In this document: positions 1 to 11,524 of the stretch, piece by piece
How positions within the stretch are numbered: position 1 is the first letter of the stretch
How the letters are laid out: each line of letters begins with the position of its first letter
Virus record (IMG/VR): IMGVR_UViG_3300032038_009890
Span: 64,001 to 128,000 of that record
Source of the DNA: a virus
Lineage: Duplodnaviria; Caudoviricetes
Reading direction: 5' to 3' (one strand)
DNA length: 64,000 nucleotides
Notes under the pieces: generated by a model
The model's input: only the letters and a program-made list of their open reading frames with translations
What the model was told of the DNA's origin: nothing
The model's database searches: none
Position numbers and translations under genes: made by a program

Positions 1-580
1 AGGAATATATCCCTCCATAGTCCCATTCTCATACATAAACTTAGCAGAATCAGGAGACTGAGAACAAATCCACTCAAAACGCTCAAGTAACATATCTTTT
101 GCTTCATGAATCTTCTTATCAAGAAGTCCCATAAATTCATCAATATTCTTTGCACCAACTTCACCAGATACTTCCATAGCAAGAGTTGGCATGATTACAG
201 TCACAGGGCAAATATTCCCACGACCATCTTTGAGTTGTCCAAAACCGTTAATATCATAGCCATTTGCTGTCCTACAACCCATAGTACTAAAGTATGTCTT
301 AGGATCATTGCGATCATACCCGGCATTTCCTGACCAATCTACATTTGCATAGTTTGGATAAAGTCTTCTCGCTGTTGATTTTAACGCAAGTCTTTTTAAA
401 TCATAATTTGGCGTTCCAGGCTTATCATTTACATCTTTCATATATTGGAAAATGCCACAAGGAAATACAGATGTTCTGTCAAGTTTACCAATACCTTTTA
501 TAGATACTTCTAAAATTGCCTTAGTTACCATGCGTCCTTCTAGAAGAGTGCATGTACCATAATTAATTGAAGTGAAAGGT
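1..580 (-). CDS. nrdD: Anaerobic ribonucleotide reductase NrdD, exon 2 (continues beyond window start)
   Basis: Minus-strand frame reads PFTSINYGTCTLLEGRMV...MGCRTANG...KDGRGNICPVT, the continuation of class III RNR after ...SRSGNQL. Confidence 0.95.
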
Positions 581-1695
581 CAATCATGTTATCCTATGAG
601 CTTTTTATCTCGTAGTTCTTACAATTTCTTGTAAGTTCAGCATATATATTCATACTCAATTATTTGAATATGTTGAACACTCGTGGGCGAATTATTCTAT
701 TCGTCATCGCCTATGCGTTACGATTTCATATCACCTTTTATTTTGATATGATTATCTCGGTATTACCATATTTATAAACTATAATATTCTTTAAAATCTT
801 CGTATAGATTTTTCTTTCTAATCAAACATATATTCGAATTATTGTATATCCATTCTCCGATTTCAAAAATATCTTTTGTTGCTCCCCATTTTATCTCACT
901 CAAATTTCTATCGGCATAATCGTATATTTTGGGGATTCTTATCTTTAAATGCTCTCCTAAATATTCGCCAATATCTTTCATCAATTTATGTATGCCACAA
1001 AACGAAAGTGAATGTAAATATCTTCCGCTATCAATTTTATGTGCTGTAATATTTCCATCACCGTCAAGAATTCCTCTTATCAAATGTGACATCAAATTAT
1101 CATTAATAATAGGTAGGTAAGTATTTAATGTTTTGTTTTGCTCTATCCCATATTTTTTTAAATCTTTTGCCATAATATCACTTCGAACAGCCACTTGAGC
1201 GCATCCTCTTCCATCATATCCAACAGACGTATTAGAATGAACATCTTCAAGAAATCGTTTCAAAATATATTCATCGTCTTCTTTTTGTGTTATTGAGATA
1301 GATGACTGTCTTCCATCTTTTGGCACAAATACATTCCCATCAGTTATAATCATTCCTAAATAGTATGCTTTAAACTCTGTATCTATTATCTCGAAATAAT
1401 GTTCATCCATATTGGGGTTATATACTTGTGCTTTTTTATATCTTTCAATATTATTCTGATTGAATATTTTAATTACTGTTGGATTACTTAGTTCAAACAT
1501 TGTTCCAACATCTTTTATGGTCATTGGCCTACTTTTATAAAAGGCAATTACTTCCTACTCTAGTTCTATTGTAATCGGTTTACCAGTTGGCATTATCATA
1601 CTCCTTTATTTTTATTTAGGGATATAAATTTAGGCTTTACCGATATTGCTCAATTCATTTAATCGTACTATATACAATTAACAGCCACTACTTAT
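581..1695 (-). mobile_element. Group I intron in nrdD (1115 nt) carrying a LAGLIDADG endonuclease
   Basis: Exon 1 ends CAG CT (U at splice site) and can pair with internal guide GGCTG. Intron ends in G (CATGATTG). Joining restores CT|A CCT TTC = L-P-F. Core-like motifs AATATCGGTAAA, GGTAATACCGAG, GTAACGCATAG, AATATATGCTGAACT. Confidence 0.93.
772..1593 (-). CDS. Intron-encoded LAGLIDADG homing endonuclease with N-terminal HTH; in-frame TAG at codon 13
   Basis: YYLGMIITDG and LIRGILDGDG motifs. SD AAAGGAG lies 7 nt before ATG at 1593, in frame with ORF 772..1524 across one TAG at 1555-1557. Confidence 0.85.
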
Positions 1696-2621
1696 AGCTG
1701 GTTTCCACTTCGTGATTGTAATGTATTTAAATTGTGATACATTCCTTCTACACCCTGATAGATTTCACGATCAGTCATATCCAAAGCATACTGATAAGCC
1801 TTTGAATAATGCTTATATACCGTATCCTCAATGGACCAATCTTCTGGTGAAACTATATTCTCAGGAATGCAATTTTCAATATATTTACATCCATCTTTCC
1901 AATGTTTATAGAAGCTTTTCCTAACATAAGGAACCATTGTCCAATCAAGATGAGTAGAACTTACACCGCCAAATTGTTGTAAGCTTTGCAACTGAAACAA
2001 AACAGCCACAAGTTGAAACGCAGTATTAACACTCTGAGCAGGTCTTACATCTGTCTGCCTAGTATTAAATCCATTCTTAAGTAACTTATCAAACGGAACA
2101 CTTAAACAATTATGACACCCAACAACATAGTTATCCAGATCGTGAATATATACTTCATTATTCAGATGATTGTTTCTACTCACTTCAGACATATAATCAT
2201 CGAGAGCCAATTTACGCATCAACTCAGCATCTGCTTCGCCTTTTCTCCCGCCAAAACTGTGCTCATCCACATTAGCATTTTGATTCTGCACATTACTGGC
2301 GGAGACCTTTTCCTTAATTGCTCTCATCCAGGCAGTATTACGTTCACGCACTCTACTACGAGTACTCCTGTAAACAATATAAGCTCTGGCGACATCTTTA
2401 CGATTACTTGCCATGAGCTTATCTTCCACAATATTTTGTATTTCTTCTACATTTAAATCTCTTTTTAGTGACTCAACATATCTAGCAATTTCAGAAGCTT
2501 TATCTTTTGCATGAGAATCGAGTTTGTCGCCGTCTATTTCATAATATGCTTTTAATACGGATTCTTTTATCTTACTTTTATCAAATTCAACAAGTCTTCC
2601 ATCGCGCTTAATTACATTCAC
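1696..2621 (-). CDS. nrdD: NrdD exon 1 with N-terminal ATP-cone
   Basis: VIKRDGRLVEFDKSKI ATP-cone; YIHDLD, HNCL, QFGGVS, NLNTLQSRSGNQ motifs. Confidence 0.95.
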
Positions 2622-2625
2622 ATTA

Positions 2626-3012
2626 TTACTTCCTTTCCAACTTATAATACTCCCTCATATCCTTCTTAATCCTCTCACCTTTCCTGTAGTGATACACACC
2701 TACATCCAAAAGAGCGTCATTAAATTTGGATACCTTACTATACATCCGATTCAGCGCAGACATGATCTTCTGATGCTTAATCGAATAAATCTTTGCCTCG
2801 ACCAGACCCATGCCATACTGTTCATTAAACTCATCACCATCTTGACACACAGCATGTGCCTTTATAGTCACAATATCTTCTTCTGGTAATAAAGCCGCGG
2901 CAATATAATCATTATCTGTATTACTTAGCTTATCAACAATATAGGCCCTGCGGTCAAACACATAGGTCCCAGATACTGTCTTTTTCTCTGCATCAATATC
3001 ATACGTAATCAT
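2626..3012 (-). CDS. Hypothetical phage protein
   Basis: ORF packed against nrdD; AVCQDGDEFNEQYG motif. Confidence 0.7.
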   Translation of the reverse strand: MITYDIDAEKKTVSGTYVFDRRAYIVDKLSNTDNDYIAAALLPEEDIVTIKAHAVCQDGDEFNEQYGMGLVEAKIYSIKHQKIMSALNRMYSKVSKFNDALLDVGVYHYRKGERIKKDMREYYKLERK

Positions 3013-3162
3013 ATTTATTTTTTCTTCCTCTTAAATCTTGGAATTCTTATCTCGGGTAACATGCCGATATGCACCCTGATTACATCCCTACAGGGATAAA
3101 TCCTAGGCCAGAGCATCTTGATTCTCTCCCACATCTCTACCACCCCCTTTCAAAGCAAAACC

Positions 3163-3471
3163 CTAACTATTTCTCAAATCTATAGGATACGGATCAGATT
3201 CCCATTCTGCTCCACAAGTATGGCATCTATAACTATCTATGCGCCAATTATGCCAACGCGAAGGTAAAAACCGACCCCAAAAATCTCCTCTAGCAGGTCC
3301 ATAATAACCTTTACTGGGAACAAGATATTCTAATTCAATTCCTCCAGTAATATAAGGATAAAAATGACTTCTGCTCTCTCCACAGCAGGGACAAACAGCA
3401 AACTTCTTACGGGATTCTTCCTGTACCATCAGATTGGCATCGCAATTATCAGGTAACTTCGTCAGTTTCAT
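3163..3471 (-). CDS. Zinc-ribbon hypothetical protein
   Basis: CPCC and CHTC pairs; one of the few genes ending in TAG. Confidence 0.65.
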   Translation of the reverse strand: MKLTKLPDNCDANLMVQEESRKKFAVCPCCGESRSHFYPYITGGIELEYLVPSKGYYGPARGDFWGRFLPSRWHNWRIDSYRCHTCGAEWESDPYPIDLRNS

Positions 3472-4640
3472 TAAATTCTCTCCCGCAATAAGGACAATAT
3501 TGGAGATGGTCTAAATAAGTACCACTATAGTAATAATCGTCAACTCTACAAATCAACGAAATACTATTATCTTTTTCTTTAACTAATCCAGTATTCCAGT
3601 ATAATGGATTCTTACTAACAACTTCTTCAATATCAACAATCTTTTTACAGAAATCACACATCTAACTACCTCAATATATCAAAACAGCTTTCTTCCGCAG
3701 ACCATACACCTGTGCAATGTAAAAGTAGATCCCTTCTCATCCCTGATAAAATATTTGCCCTGATTCGTGACACAAAAATCAATTCCGCCGGGAGTAAGAG
3801 GACGATAGATCATGTTTTCCTGACGTGTTGTTTCCTTCCATTTCTCAGGTTCACATAAAGAACACATGGTCCACCTCTTATTCCAACTTGTCTACGCCTT
3901 TAAGATAATAAAAACTATTTAAGGTTTCAACAATCGTGACATCTCCATCAACAATGATGCTTCTGATCTTTGTAGTAACCATATCCTTATTAGCATTGGG
4001 CCAAACACAGCGGAAGATTCCTCGACTTCCCACAGAGATTGCTGACTGCACATCGTCAATTATGCGCCCAATGCGACTGGTTGCTTTATCATCATATAAC
4101 TTATCTGCGCCAACTTTGTCTGTGATTTTAACAATTTTCCTAAACATCCTTATAGCCTCATTAAAACATAATGTGCAATCAGTGCAACAAATATTAAGAA
4201 TATATTATAAAGAACACTTGCCTCTTCTTTGAGGAATCCATCAGAATCTATAGGCGAATTAGCCATATAAAAGATTAAGGACCCCGCAAACATACAAATG
4301 GTAAATACAGTGAAATATATAAGCGGATTGATTATGCTAAATATCTTCACGGTAATAAATATAGTAGTCATAGACAATGCGCCTAAGCCCCACCTGTATA
4401 TGTTATTGCCCTTATATTCGACAATTTCCTGCACAAAAATATGATTTCCTAACATTATAATAGCAAGTACGCAACTGAGTAGAAAAATCATCTTGTCATA
4501 TCAGTCCTCTACAACCATAGTTAACGAACAAATCAATGTAAACACATTAATAGGAACAATCCAATAATTATGTGTAATAAATACATTTAAAATTAAACAG
4601 CAGATATTACATAAAGATAATATTACTCCCAATACTCTAG

Positions 4641-4853
4641 TCATTTCTTTTCACCCTTATATGGCTCTGGCATCTCAATCTCCATCCATGCTGTAGCCTC
4701 ATCATAGGCCACGGTCTTACTATTATTCAAAAAATGCCAACGAGGTTCAGCGCCTCCGTCCAGATATGCCTCCCGCGTCTTGTTTTTGCGCGTAATCCAG
4801 ACGCTTTGAAAACGCTTTGGCATTTTATCATTTATTGGAATCCACCTGCCCAT
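4641..4853 (-). CDS. DUF551-like small protein
   Basis: WIPINDKMP...AWMEIEMPEPY pattern; start placed at MGRW (inferred). Confidence 0.65.
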   Translation of the reverse strand: MGRWIPINDKMPKRFQSVWITRKNKTREAYLDGGAEPRWHFLNNSKTVAYDEATAWMEIEMPEPYKGEKK

Positions 4854-5266
4854 TTTCCACCATTTTCTTGTACTTTTCCTCAGTGTAGATACTGGCACTA
4901 CTGAACACTCTTGGTATAATAGTTCCATCTTCACTGATCATATCAACTTCATACTCAATCCATGCCCATCCTCCACCATGGAAGTTGTGTATGCCTTTAA
5001 GAATACCTTTTTTATAGGTATCAACATGCCGCGCAAGAGATTGCACAACACCCGTGCCCTCACAGGTTTTACACGTCAGAATCCAAGGACTCAACCTCTC
5101 ATCTTCTTTGCGATAATACATTTTTCTGGGATAATCAATCTGCATCAACCCTGTATCACGGGTAACATCTCCATGACAAAAAGGGCATTCGATCTCATGA
5201 TACTCATCCTTGGTTTCATGAATATAAACAGTGTCCCCAATAGAAAAAGGGCAATCAATCGTAGTC

Positions 5267-5644
5267 TCAATCATTTTTCTCTTCCTGCATCTTTTCAAAA
5301 ATATAATCCACAACTTTTTTGCCATAATCCGTGGCGGCAGTCACATTATCTGTCGTTATATATGAGCTTGCTACCATACCAAAACACGTTTCTCTGTCGG
5401 GAACAAAAATCGTTATTAACAAGAAGACGATAATTACTTTCGCAATTCTCGACAAAGCCCTCTTATACGATTTTTCATCTTCCTCGCTAATCTTACAGTC
5501 ATCAATATGCGCGGCAACATATACGCCAAATGCAATGACAAATACAACAGTGCTAATTGTCAGCACAACATAAGAAACTTCTTGCAAGCCATTAAAGACC
5601 CGCCCCAAATACACAATCCAAGGACTAATAATATAATTCATCAC
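5267..5644 (-). CDS. Membrane protein, paralog of 13000..13380
   Basis: Two hydrophobic segments; shared ISPWIVYLG and ASSYITTDNVTA. Confidence 0.75.
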   Translation of the reverse strand: MMNYIISPWIVYLGRVFNGLQEVSYVVLTISTVVFVIAFGVYVAAHIDDCKISEEDEKSYKRALSRIAKVIIVFLLITIFVPDRETCFGMVASSYITTDNVTAATDYGKKVVDYIFEKMQEEKND

Positions 5645-7291
5645 TCTACCTTAACTTTCTCAATCCATCTGTGGAAGCCAAAGCACCATTTATAAGCGTC
5701 ATCATCATTCCATCCACAAGCAACCATTTCCTTATAAAGATTTGTTCTGTACCTATCCCAACTCTCCGTATGGATTCCATCAATCGTAGCCTTGTCTCCT
5801 AACTCAACTACTCTTTTTGCAATCTCTACCAGATGGTCAGTATAAGGTGAAAATCCCCATGCAATATGGTTTGCTACATCCATGACATTAAGTGGACGTT
5901 TGGCCCTGCGAATGTAACTTTTAGCAGAATCCAAATCAAACTGGAGATATTCACGTTCGTGCTTATCTATGTAGGATTCCTCGCTAAGTCGAATAATATT
6001 GCCAAACTGCGCGACAACAATGTACGGATAGTAGGGGACGAGATCACGAGAAGTACCAATATGAAAAGGAAGGACATTACCTCCCTGATAAATCTTATAT
6101 TTATCGATGATCTCATCCATTCCAGTCATAATAATTACATCATAAAAATCACATACAGGTGAATATACGCTAATGTCGGCCGCCCCCTTTCTAGCGAGTC
6201 TTTATGGACGGAAACTTAACTTTAATAACCATCTGAATACTTTCGCAAGAATCTCCATACTCAGTAGAGCTTTTTACATTCACAATAGAAACATTCTCGA
6301 TATTTCTTTGAAGGAAATTCACGAGATGATTCCTCTTGAAATACTCCTTAAGATACTCGTAATTCATTTGTATTTCCTCTCAGTGTAATAGCCAAGGCAG
6401 ACGGTGACAATACTAAAACACAGAAGCAATGCGGAGCTAAGATGTAAGCCCCGCAAACGCAAATATTCTGCGCCAACACCAAAAGAGAAAACTCCAAAGC
6501 TCGTCAGACAGCGTGCAAATATAAATAGTCGCCTGTTCCTCATATTACTTCCTCCACAATATCTGGATTCATAATAAGAATCGTATCACAGTCCCATCCA
6601 TAAAGCTTATAATAAAGGTTCTTAATTCTTACATCAATCGCATCAATACCATCTGCCATCATTCGCTCAAAGTCTAGATAAACATTGGTAAAAGGATCGT
6701 CATCGAGACCATTTGCTCTCATAACAGGGTCTGTAAATATCCAGTCGCGATTCTCATCCATTGTTCTTATCATGTCATCAAGGCTGTAAAGATTTAAAAC
6801 ATTTGCGCTCTCACTGATATCAAACTGGAATGACTCACTCCCCCTAAACAAATCCCATTCTTCGTCGAAACACCAGTCGCGCCAACTTCTTTCGCAACAA
6901 ACGGGCGAGGCCCAAAGACCACATCCTCTTTCTGGCTTATTCCATGAATAGCTTCGATTTTTTACAGGAATAAATTTGTCTTTGTCAAAATGATCAGAAC
7001 CATAATGAATGTATCTCATATAATCCCTCCAAAACACCAAACTAGAGAATATTATATGACTTTCCTATGTGTTTGTCAATAGTTTTCGCCTGTAAACTCT
7101 GTTCCACTATTCTTTGCTTCGTAATCCCTTACAAGTTCATGTATGGCAAAAACATTGATCATCTTGGCTCCACAATGATAGCAATAATAATTATTTGAAT
7201 ATTTTAGTTGATCTCCTTCTAAAATTGCTTTACAGTGGTCACAATAAGCCACCCAATCATCTCTTAATATCCAATCTGCCATCATTGTTCC

Positions 7292-7744
7292 TCAATCAGC
7301 ATCTGTATGGATTCCAACATACGGGCAGAAGATAAAGGTAGTCAAAAAATTCTTATTAAAGAATGTATCATCGTTGATAACATAATTGTACATCCCCGGC
7401 AAAGACTGATGATCAAGATAAGGCTCATTTGGGTTAGAACCTATTTTTAATCCCTTGGTTCCGCAATAGTCCACAATTACTTCTTCCAATATACGAAATT
7501 CATCACTATCATATAAATCTTCGATATTATCAAACATATAATACAAGTAAGATACTAGATAACTTAGTTTTTGAGATTGTTCGTAATAATCATCTACAGT
7601 TTTATCAAACCAACCATATCTAGCAACTGTATAACCGTCCTTATCTGTTTCTAAATCTGGATGCTCCATTTTCTTTCCAAAAGTAAGTGAGTGAACACTA
7701 CTTGAATTAGTTTCAAATACATTATAGCGTACTGTATATTTCAT
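7292..7744 (-). CDS. ETNSS-motif protein (stand-alone copy)
   Basis: MKYTVRYNVFETNSSSVHSL and YLDHQS, shared with 53879-55395. Confidence 0.8.
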   Translation of the reverse strand: MKYTVRYNVFETNSSSVHSLTFGKKMEHPDLETDKDGYTVARYGWFDKTVDDYYEQSQKLSYLVSYLYYMFDNIEDLYDSDEFRILEEVIVDYCGTKGLKIGSNPNEPYLDHQSLPGMYNYVINDDTFFNKNFLTTFIFCPYVGIHTDAD

Positions 7745-8572
7745 TTATCATCCCTCTTTTCGCCCCAAGCACAAAAATGATCTCCGTCCATATATTCCTT
7801 TTCGTCAGGCCACCAAATATCACAATATTGACACTCTCCATTAATAGTCATATGAGAATATTTACATTCTTTACAATGAATTATTTCTATTCCCTGCATG
7901 TCCAATATTTTATCAAGAGTATTTCTATCACACGTTCCAGACGTATATAATAATGCATATACCGATGCACTATCTAAGTATTTCGACATTATTTGCCCTC
8001 CTATATTGAATTTCTCATCTTCTACTTTTAAATTATTTTCTATTGCTGTGCGATTTAACTGTGAAAGAATAGTTGCTCCGATAGATAAATAAGGTTCATC
8101 ATTAATAATTTCACATCCACCATATGCAATTATAACTTTTTTAGTATTAGGATTATTGGCTATCATGTCCAATGCATTATATTTTAGTAAGATTTCTTCT
8201 AATTCACTTATATCCATTGAATAAGAAAGCCTGTACTTGTCATAGGGAATGCTATATTCTTTTAAGTCATATTCTTCATCATCAAAAGAATTATCATCAC
8301 CCAGTGGCTCATACACAACTTCACTGATACCTGCGATGGATTTTAAGTTGTTAATAAAATAATCATCAACAAATTTTGTAAATAAGTTAAACCTCATAAA
8401 ATCTCCTTATTCCATGCAAATGTCTTCCAACCATTCAATCAAATAATCTTCTAGGAGATTAATCGTATTAATTTTATCCCAATGATATTCCTTGTCGAAT
8501 GATTCTTTATAAATATCAATCAACTCAGCTATTTTAAGAATCTGGTCTTCAGTAAAGACTACTTCATCCATA

Positions 8573-8986
8573 TTAATCTTCTTTATACGGCTTCGGCTCT
8601 TCATAAGGCATCCAAGCAATAACTTGATCAAAATTATAAACAGGAGTTCCTTGAATATTATATTCAAATACAGCAATTATTCCATTCTCCAATGGATAAA
8701 AATTACATACAGTTACAAAAACATCATTAAGAAATTCTTGGTCATCTCTCGGTTTTAAAGTAACCCAAACTGGATTTTCATATCCAAATGGTGGCATCTT
8801 TTCCGAGATAGGCATCCACGCTTCTTCTCTCATATTTGCACCGCAATTAGGACAATAGTCAGGAAAATACGAATCTGCTTTATAATTCTGAATTGCATTA
8901 AATTGGTCTTGAGTATATAATGCTCCGCATTTCACGCAGCAAAATATATTGTTTCCAATAAAATCCCATTTACCCAAATTTTTCAT
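8573..8986 (-). CDS. Zn-ribbon + DUF551-like protein
   Basis: CVKC/CPNC followed by WMPISEKMP...IAWMPY; paralog of 9792..10220. Confidence 0.7.
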   Translation of the reverse strand: MKNLGKWDFIGNNIFCCVKCGALYTQDQFNAIQNYKADSYFPDYCPNCGANMREEAWMPISEKMPPFGYENPVWVTLKPRDDQEFLNDVFVTVCNFYPLENGIIAVFEYNIQGTPVYNFDQVIAWMPYEEPKPYKED

Positions 8987-9237
8987 TACGATTCTCCTTC
9001 ATATGGCTCAGGAAACGGCATCCATGCAATATCTGTTTTCAAATATCCTTTACCACTGCCTTTATACCATCCGTCACACCAATCTTGATAGTAGGCAGTT
9101 GATACGCCTCTATTTTTGTTATCATATGTTACTAAATATTTGTCGTTTTCATCTGGTTTTCTTTCGGAACAAGGTATCCACTGAGATGTTCTCATATTAA
9201 GACGGCATAACCTTTCAATTATTTTCTGATTCGTCAT
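8986..9237 (-). CDS. DUF551-like protein
   Basis: WIPCSERKP...IAWMPFPEPY. Confidence 0.75.
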   Translation of the reverse strand: MTNQKIIERLCRLNMRTSQWIPCSERKPDENDKYLVTYDNKNRGVSTAYYQDWCDGWYKGSGKGYLKTDIAWMPFPEPYEGES

Positions 9238-9791
9238 TCTGATATTTCCCCAAAAGATAATTCACATCACAAAATATATTACGCATATACCTCTTCCAAT
9301 TATCAGAATTCATCATAAATGTATATGAGCAAAATCTTTTATCAACATCTTCATATAGTATTGCAGAAAACCATTCTTCGTCGTCATCAATAGATATATA
9401 CATTGTTATTTGTACTTTATCTGTTATATATCTTGATATGATGTATATCTCACCATCTTGTTCTCTATCTATAGTGTGGAACTTAGGAAAGTTCTTTTTA
9501 TTAGATAATTCAGCCAACGGAATCATTTCAAATTCATATTCGATTTTATCTATCACTTTGCGAATATTTTTATCTTCTAAGAAATCGGGCACATCATCAA
9601 ACAGTTCCATTACTAACTTTTCTCCTTATTCACATGGTCAATGATTTTACCCATTTAATCCCCTTTTGCAATCCATCCACTAAGTAAAATCGCATATACT
9701 AGCATCATAACATCGTGATTAATTGGGATATGATTTAAATTGTATTCAAATATCGAATCAATCATAATTAGCACAAATGCAACAATTATTT

Positions 9792-10220
9792 TCATTCTAT
9801 CTTTCCTTTATATACTTCGGGCGTAAAATACGGCATCCAAGCTACGCATTTATCTAAATCATGATACGTTTTACTACAAACATTATACACTCCTACCCCC
9901 ACATAGTTTTTCTCAACAGAATCCTCAAATAAAAAACCGTCTATTACTTTTAATTCATCAACCCCGAATCTTTTTATAGATATCCAAAGTGGAGTATAGG
10001 GTGAAGGCGTTTCTTCAGAAAAAAGTTTCCACTGAGTAGGAGACTCTTTATCCTCTGTATTATCCATATGATTTCCACAATTAGGGCAATAATCAGGATA
10101 ATAAAATTCTGCTTTATGGTTTTGTATTGTTTTAAACTGTGTCTGATCATACATTTCTCCGCACTTAGGACACATAAACATGTTATAACCAATATAATCC
10201 CATTTCCCTAGATTTTGCAT
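9792..10220 (-). CDS. Zn-ribbon + DUF551-like protein
   Basis: Paralog of 8573..8986. Confidence 0.7.
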   Translation of the reverse strand: MQNLGKWDYIGYNMFMCPKCGEMYDQTQFKTIQNHKAEFYYPDYCPNCGNHMDNTEDKESPTQWKLFSEETPSPYTPLWISIKRFGVDELKVIDGFLFEDSVEKNYVGVGVYNVCSKTYHDLDKCVAWMPYFTPEVYKGKIE

Positions 10221-10765
10221 TAATCGATCCTCTCAAGATACTGTACAGGTACTTGTTTAATAAGCCAAACACCATTTTCAGACATATAAAATTTATATCC
10301 ATTATCATACATCTCTTTTGCCGCAACTTTAAAAACAACAGGCTTACCATGTCTTTGGCCAACAACTTTGGCAGTTTCGATGTCTTTAGAAAGATGTACA
10401 TATAACCGTGACTTAGGAATCAATCCCATCTGCATGATCGACTCAATAAACTTTTCGCCAGTACCATGAAAGAGGATTTTCGGTGGCACACATTCTTTAA
10501 GCTCTACATCAACAGGAATAAAGTGACCTTGGTTAGCACGAATCATTGTATGGTCCTCATTAAATGAAAAGCGCTTCTTATTATTGTCTCGCACGATTTC
10601 CTCCAGAGAGTCAAGATTAAACCACGGTTCCTGCTTCTGGATGCCAGAAATTAATTCACTGACTTTGGCCCACCCGTGTTCATCCAAGGTAATCCCAATT
10701 GTCTCAGGTTTATGTCGAAGAATCAGTGAAATAAACTTACTGCAATTAGTTAATTCTTTTGTCAT
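10220..10765 (-). CDS. kptA: RNA 2'-phosphotransferase Tpt1/KptA
   Basis: SKFISLILRH, KKRF, IRANQGH, LFHGT, RLYVHLS, NGVWL motifs. Confidence 0.93.
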   Translation of the reverse strand: MTKELTNCSKFISLILRHKPETIGITLDEHGWAKVSELISGIQKQEPWFNLDSLEEIVRDNNKKRFSFNEDHTMIRANQGHFIPVDVELKECVPPKILFHGTGEKFIESIMQMGLIPKSRLYVHLSKDIETAKVVGQRHGKPVVFKVAAKEMYDNGYKFYMSENGVWLIKQVPVQYLERID

Positions 10766-10900
10766 CTTTAATCTTCTCCAAATAATATTAGGCTCTTTTA
10801 ATCTTATAATAATTATTGTTCTTTCTTCGGCTTTCTACCACAACTTTTTTTCTCTGGGCAATATTCAATTAAACCTGCTTAGCTCTCGGGTCATCTAATT

Positions 10901-11524
10901 TCATCCTATAATCAACTCCTTATTTCTATTGCTATAAAAATATTCATTATACGCCTCATACCTCTGATGAATATTTGTCATATCATAGTCATGACTAAGC
11001 GCCCATTCCTTAAATCTTACAAAGAATCCGCAAGCAGAAAACTCAGGACAACCACATCTATAGATACAGTTCGGAACCATCACATCAGACAACTCTTCCT
11101 GCCCCACATTTTTAATTGCAATCTTAACGTCTTCCATATGCTGTCGTGTTTCTGGCGAAGCCTGATAACACAACCTATACCGACTTACATTAATCAAAGC
11201 TTGTGCATTTGCATTGATATCCATATTCACTGGAGTATCTTGTGGAGATTCATCACGATTCTTACCAGTACGATCAGTCCTCTGAGTAGAAACCCATTTG
11301 TCCCAACCTAGCCAATGTCTCGCAAAATGAACAGAAACCCAAGATTTTATCTGCTCAAAACGCCAATGTATCTGGATCAGGCGAATTGGTGAATGTTCTG
11401 ATATCAGGAGATTATGAATAAAAGTAGATGAAGGTTCGTTGTCTGTAGGCTCTTTATTCACCGTATTACGACACTCATTTTTTGCCAGTTTCCAATTAGC
11501 ATTGATGTTGATTATTTTAATCAT
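10901..11524 (-). CDS. thyX: ThyX-like FAD-dependent thymidylate synthase (phage type)
   Basis: EHSPIR, VHFARH, STQRTDR, RLCYQAS, VPNCIYRCGCPEF. Confidence 0.7.
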   Translation of the reverse strand: MIKIININANWKLAKNECRNTVNKEPTDNEPSSTFIHNLLISEHSPIRLIQIHWRFEQIKSWVSVHFARHWLGWDKWVSTQRTDRTGKNRDESPQDTPVNMDINANAQALINVSRYRLCYQASPETRQHMEDVKIAIKNVGQEELSDVMVPNCIYRCGCPEFSACGFFVRFKEWALSHDYDMTNIHQRYEAYNEYFYSNRNKELIIG

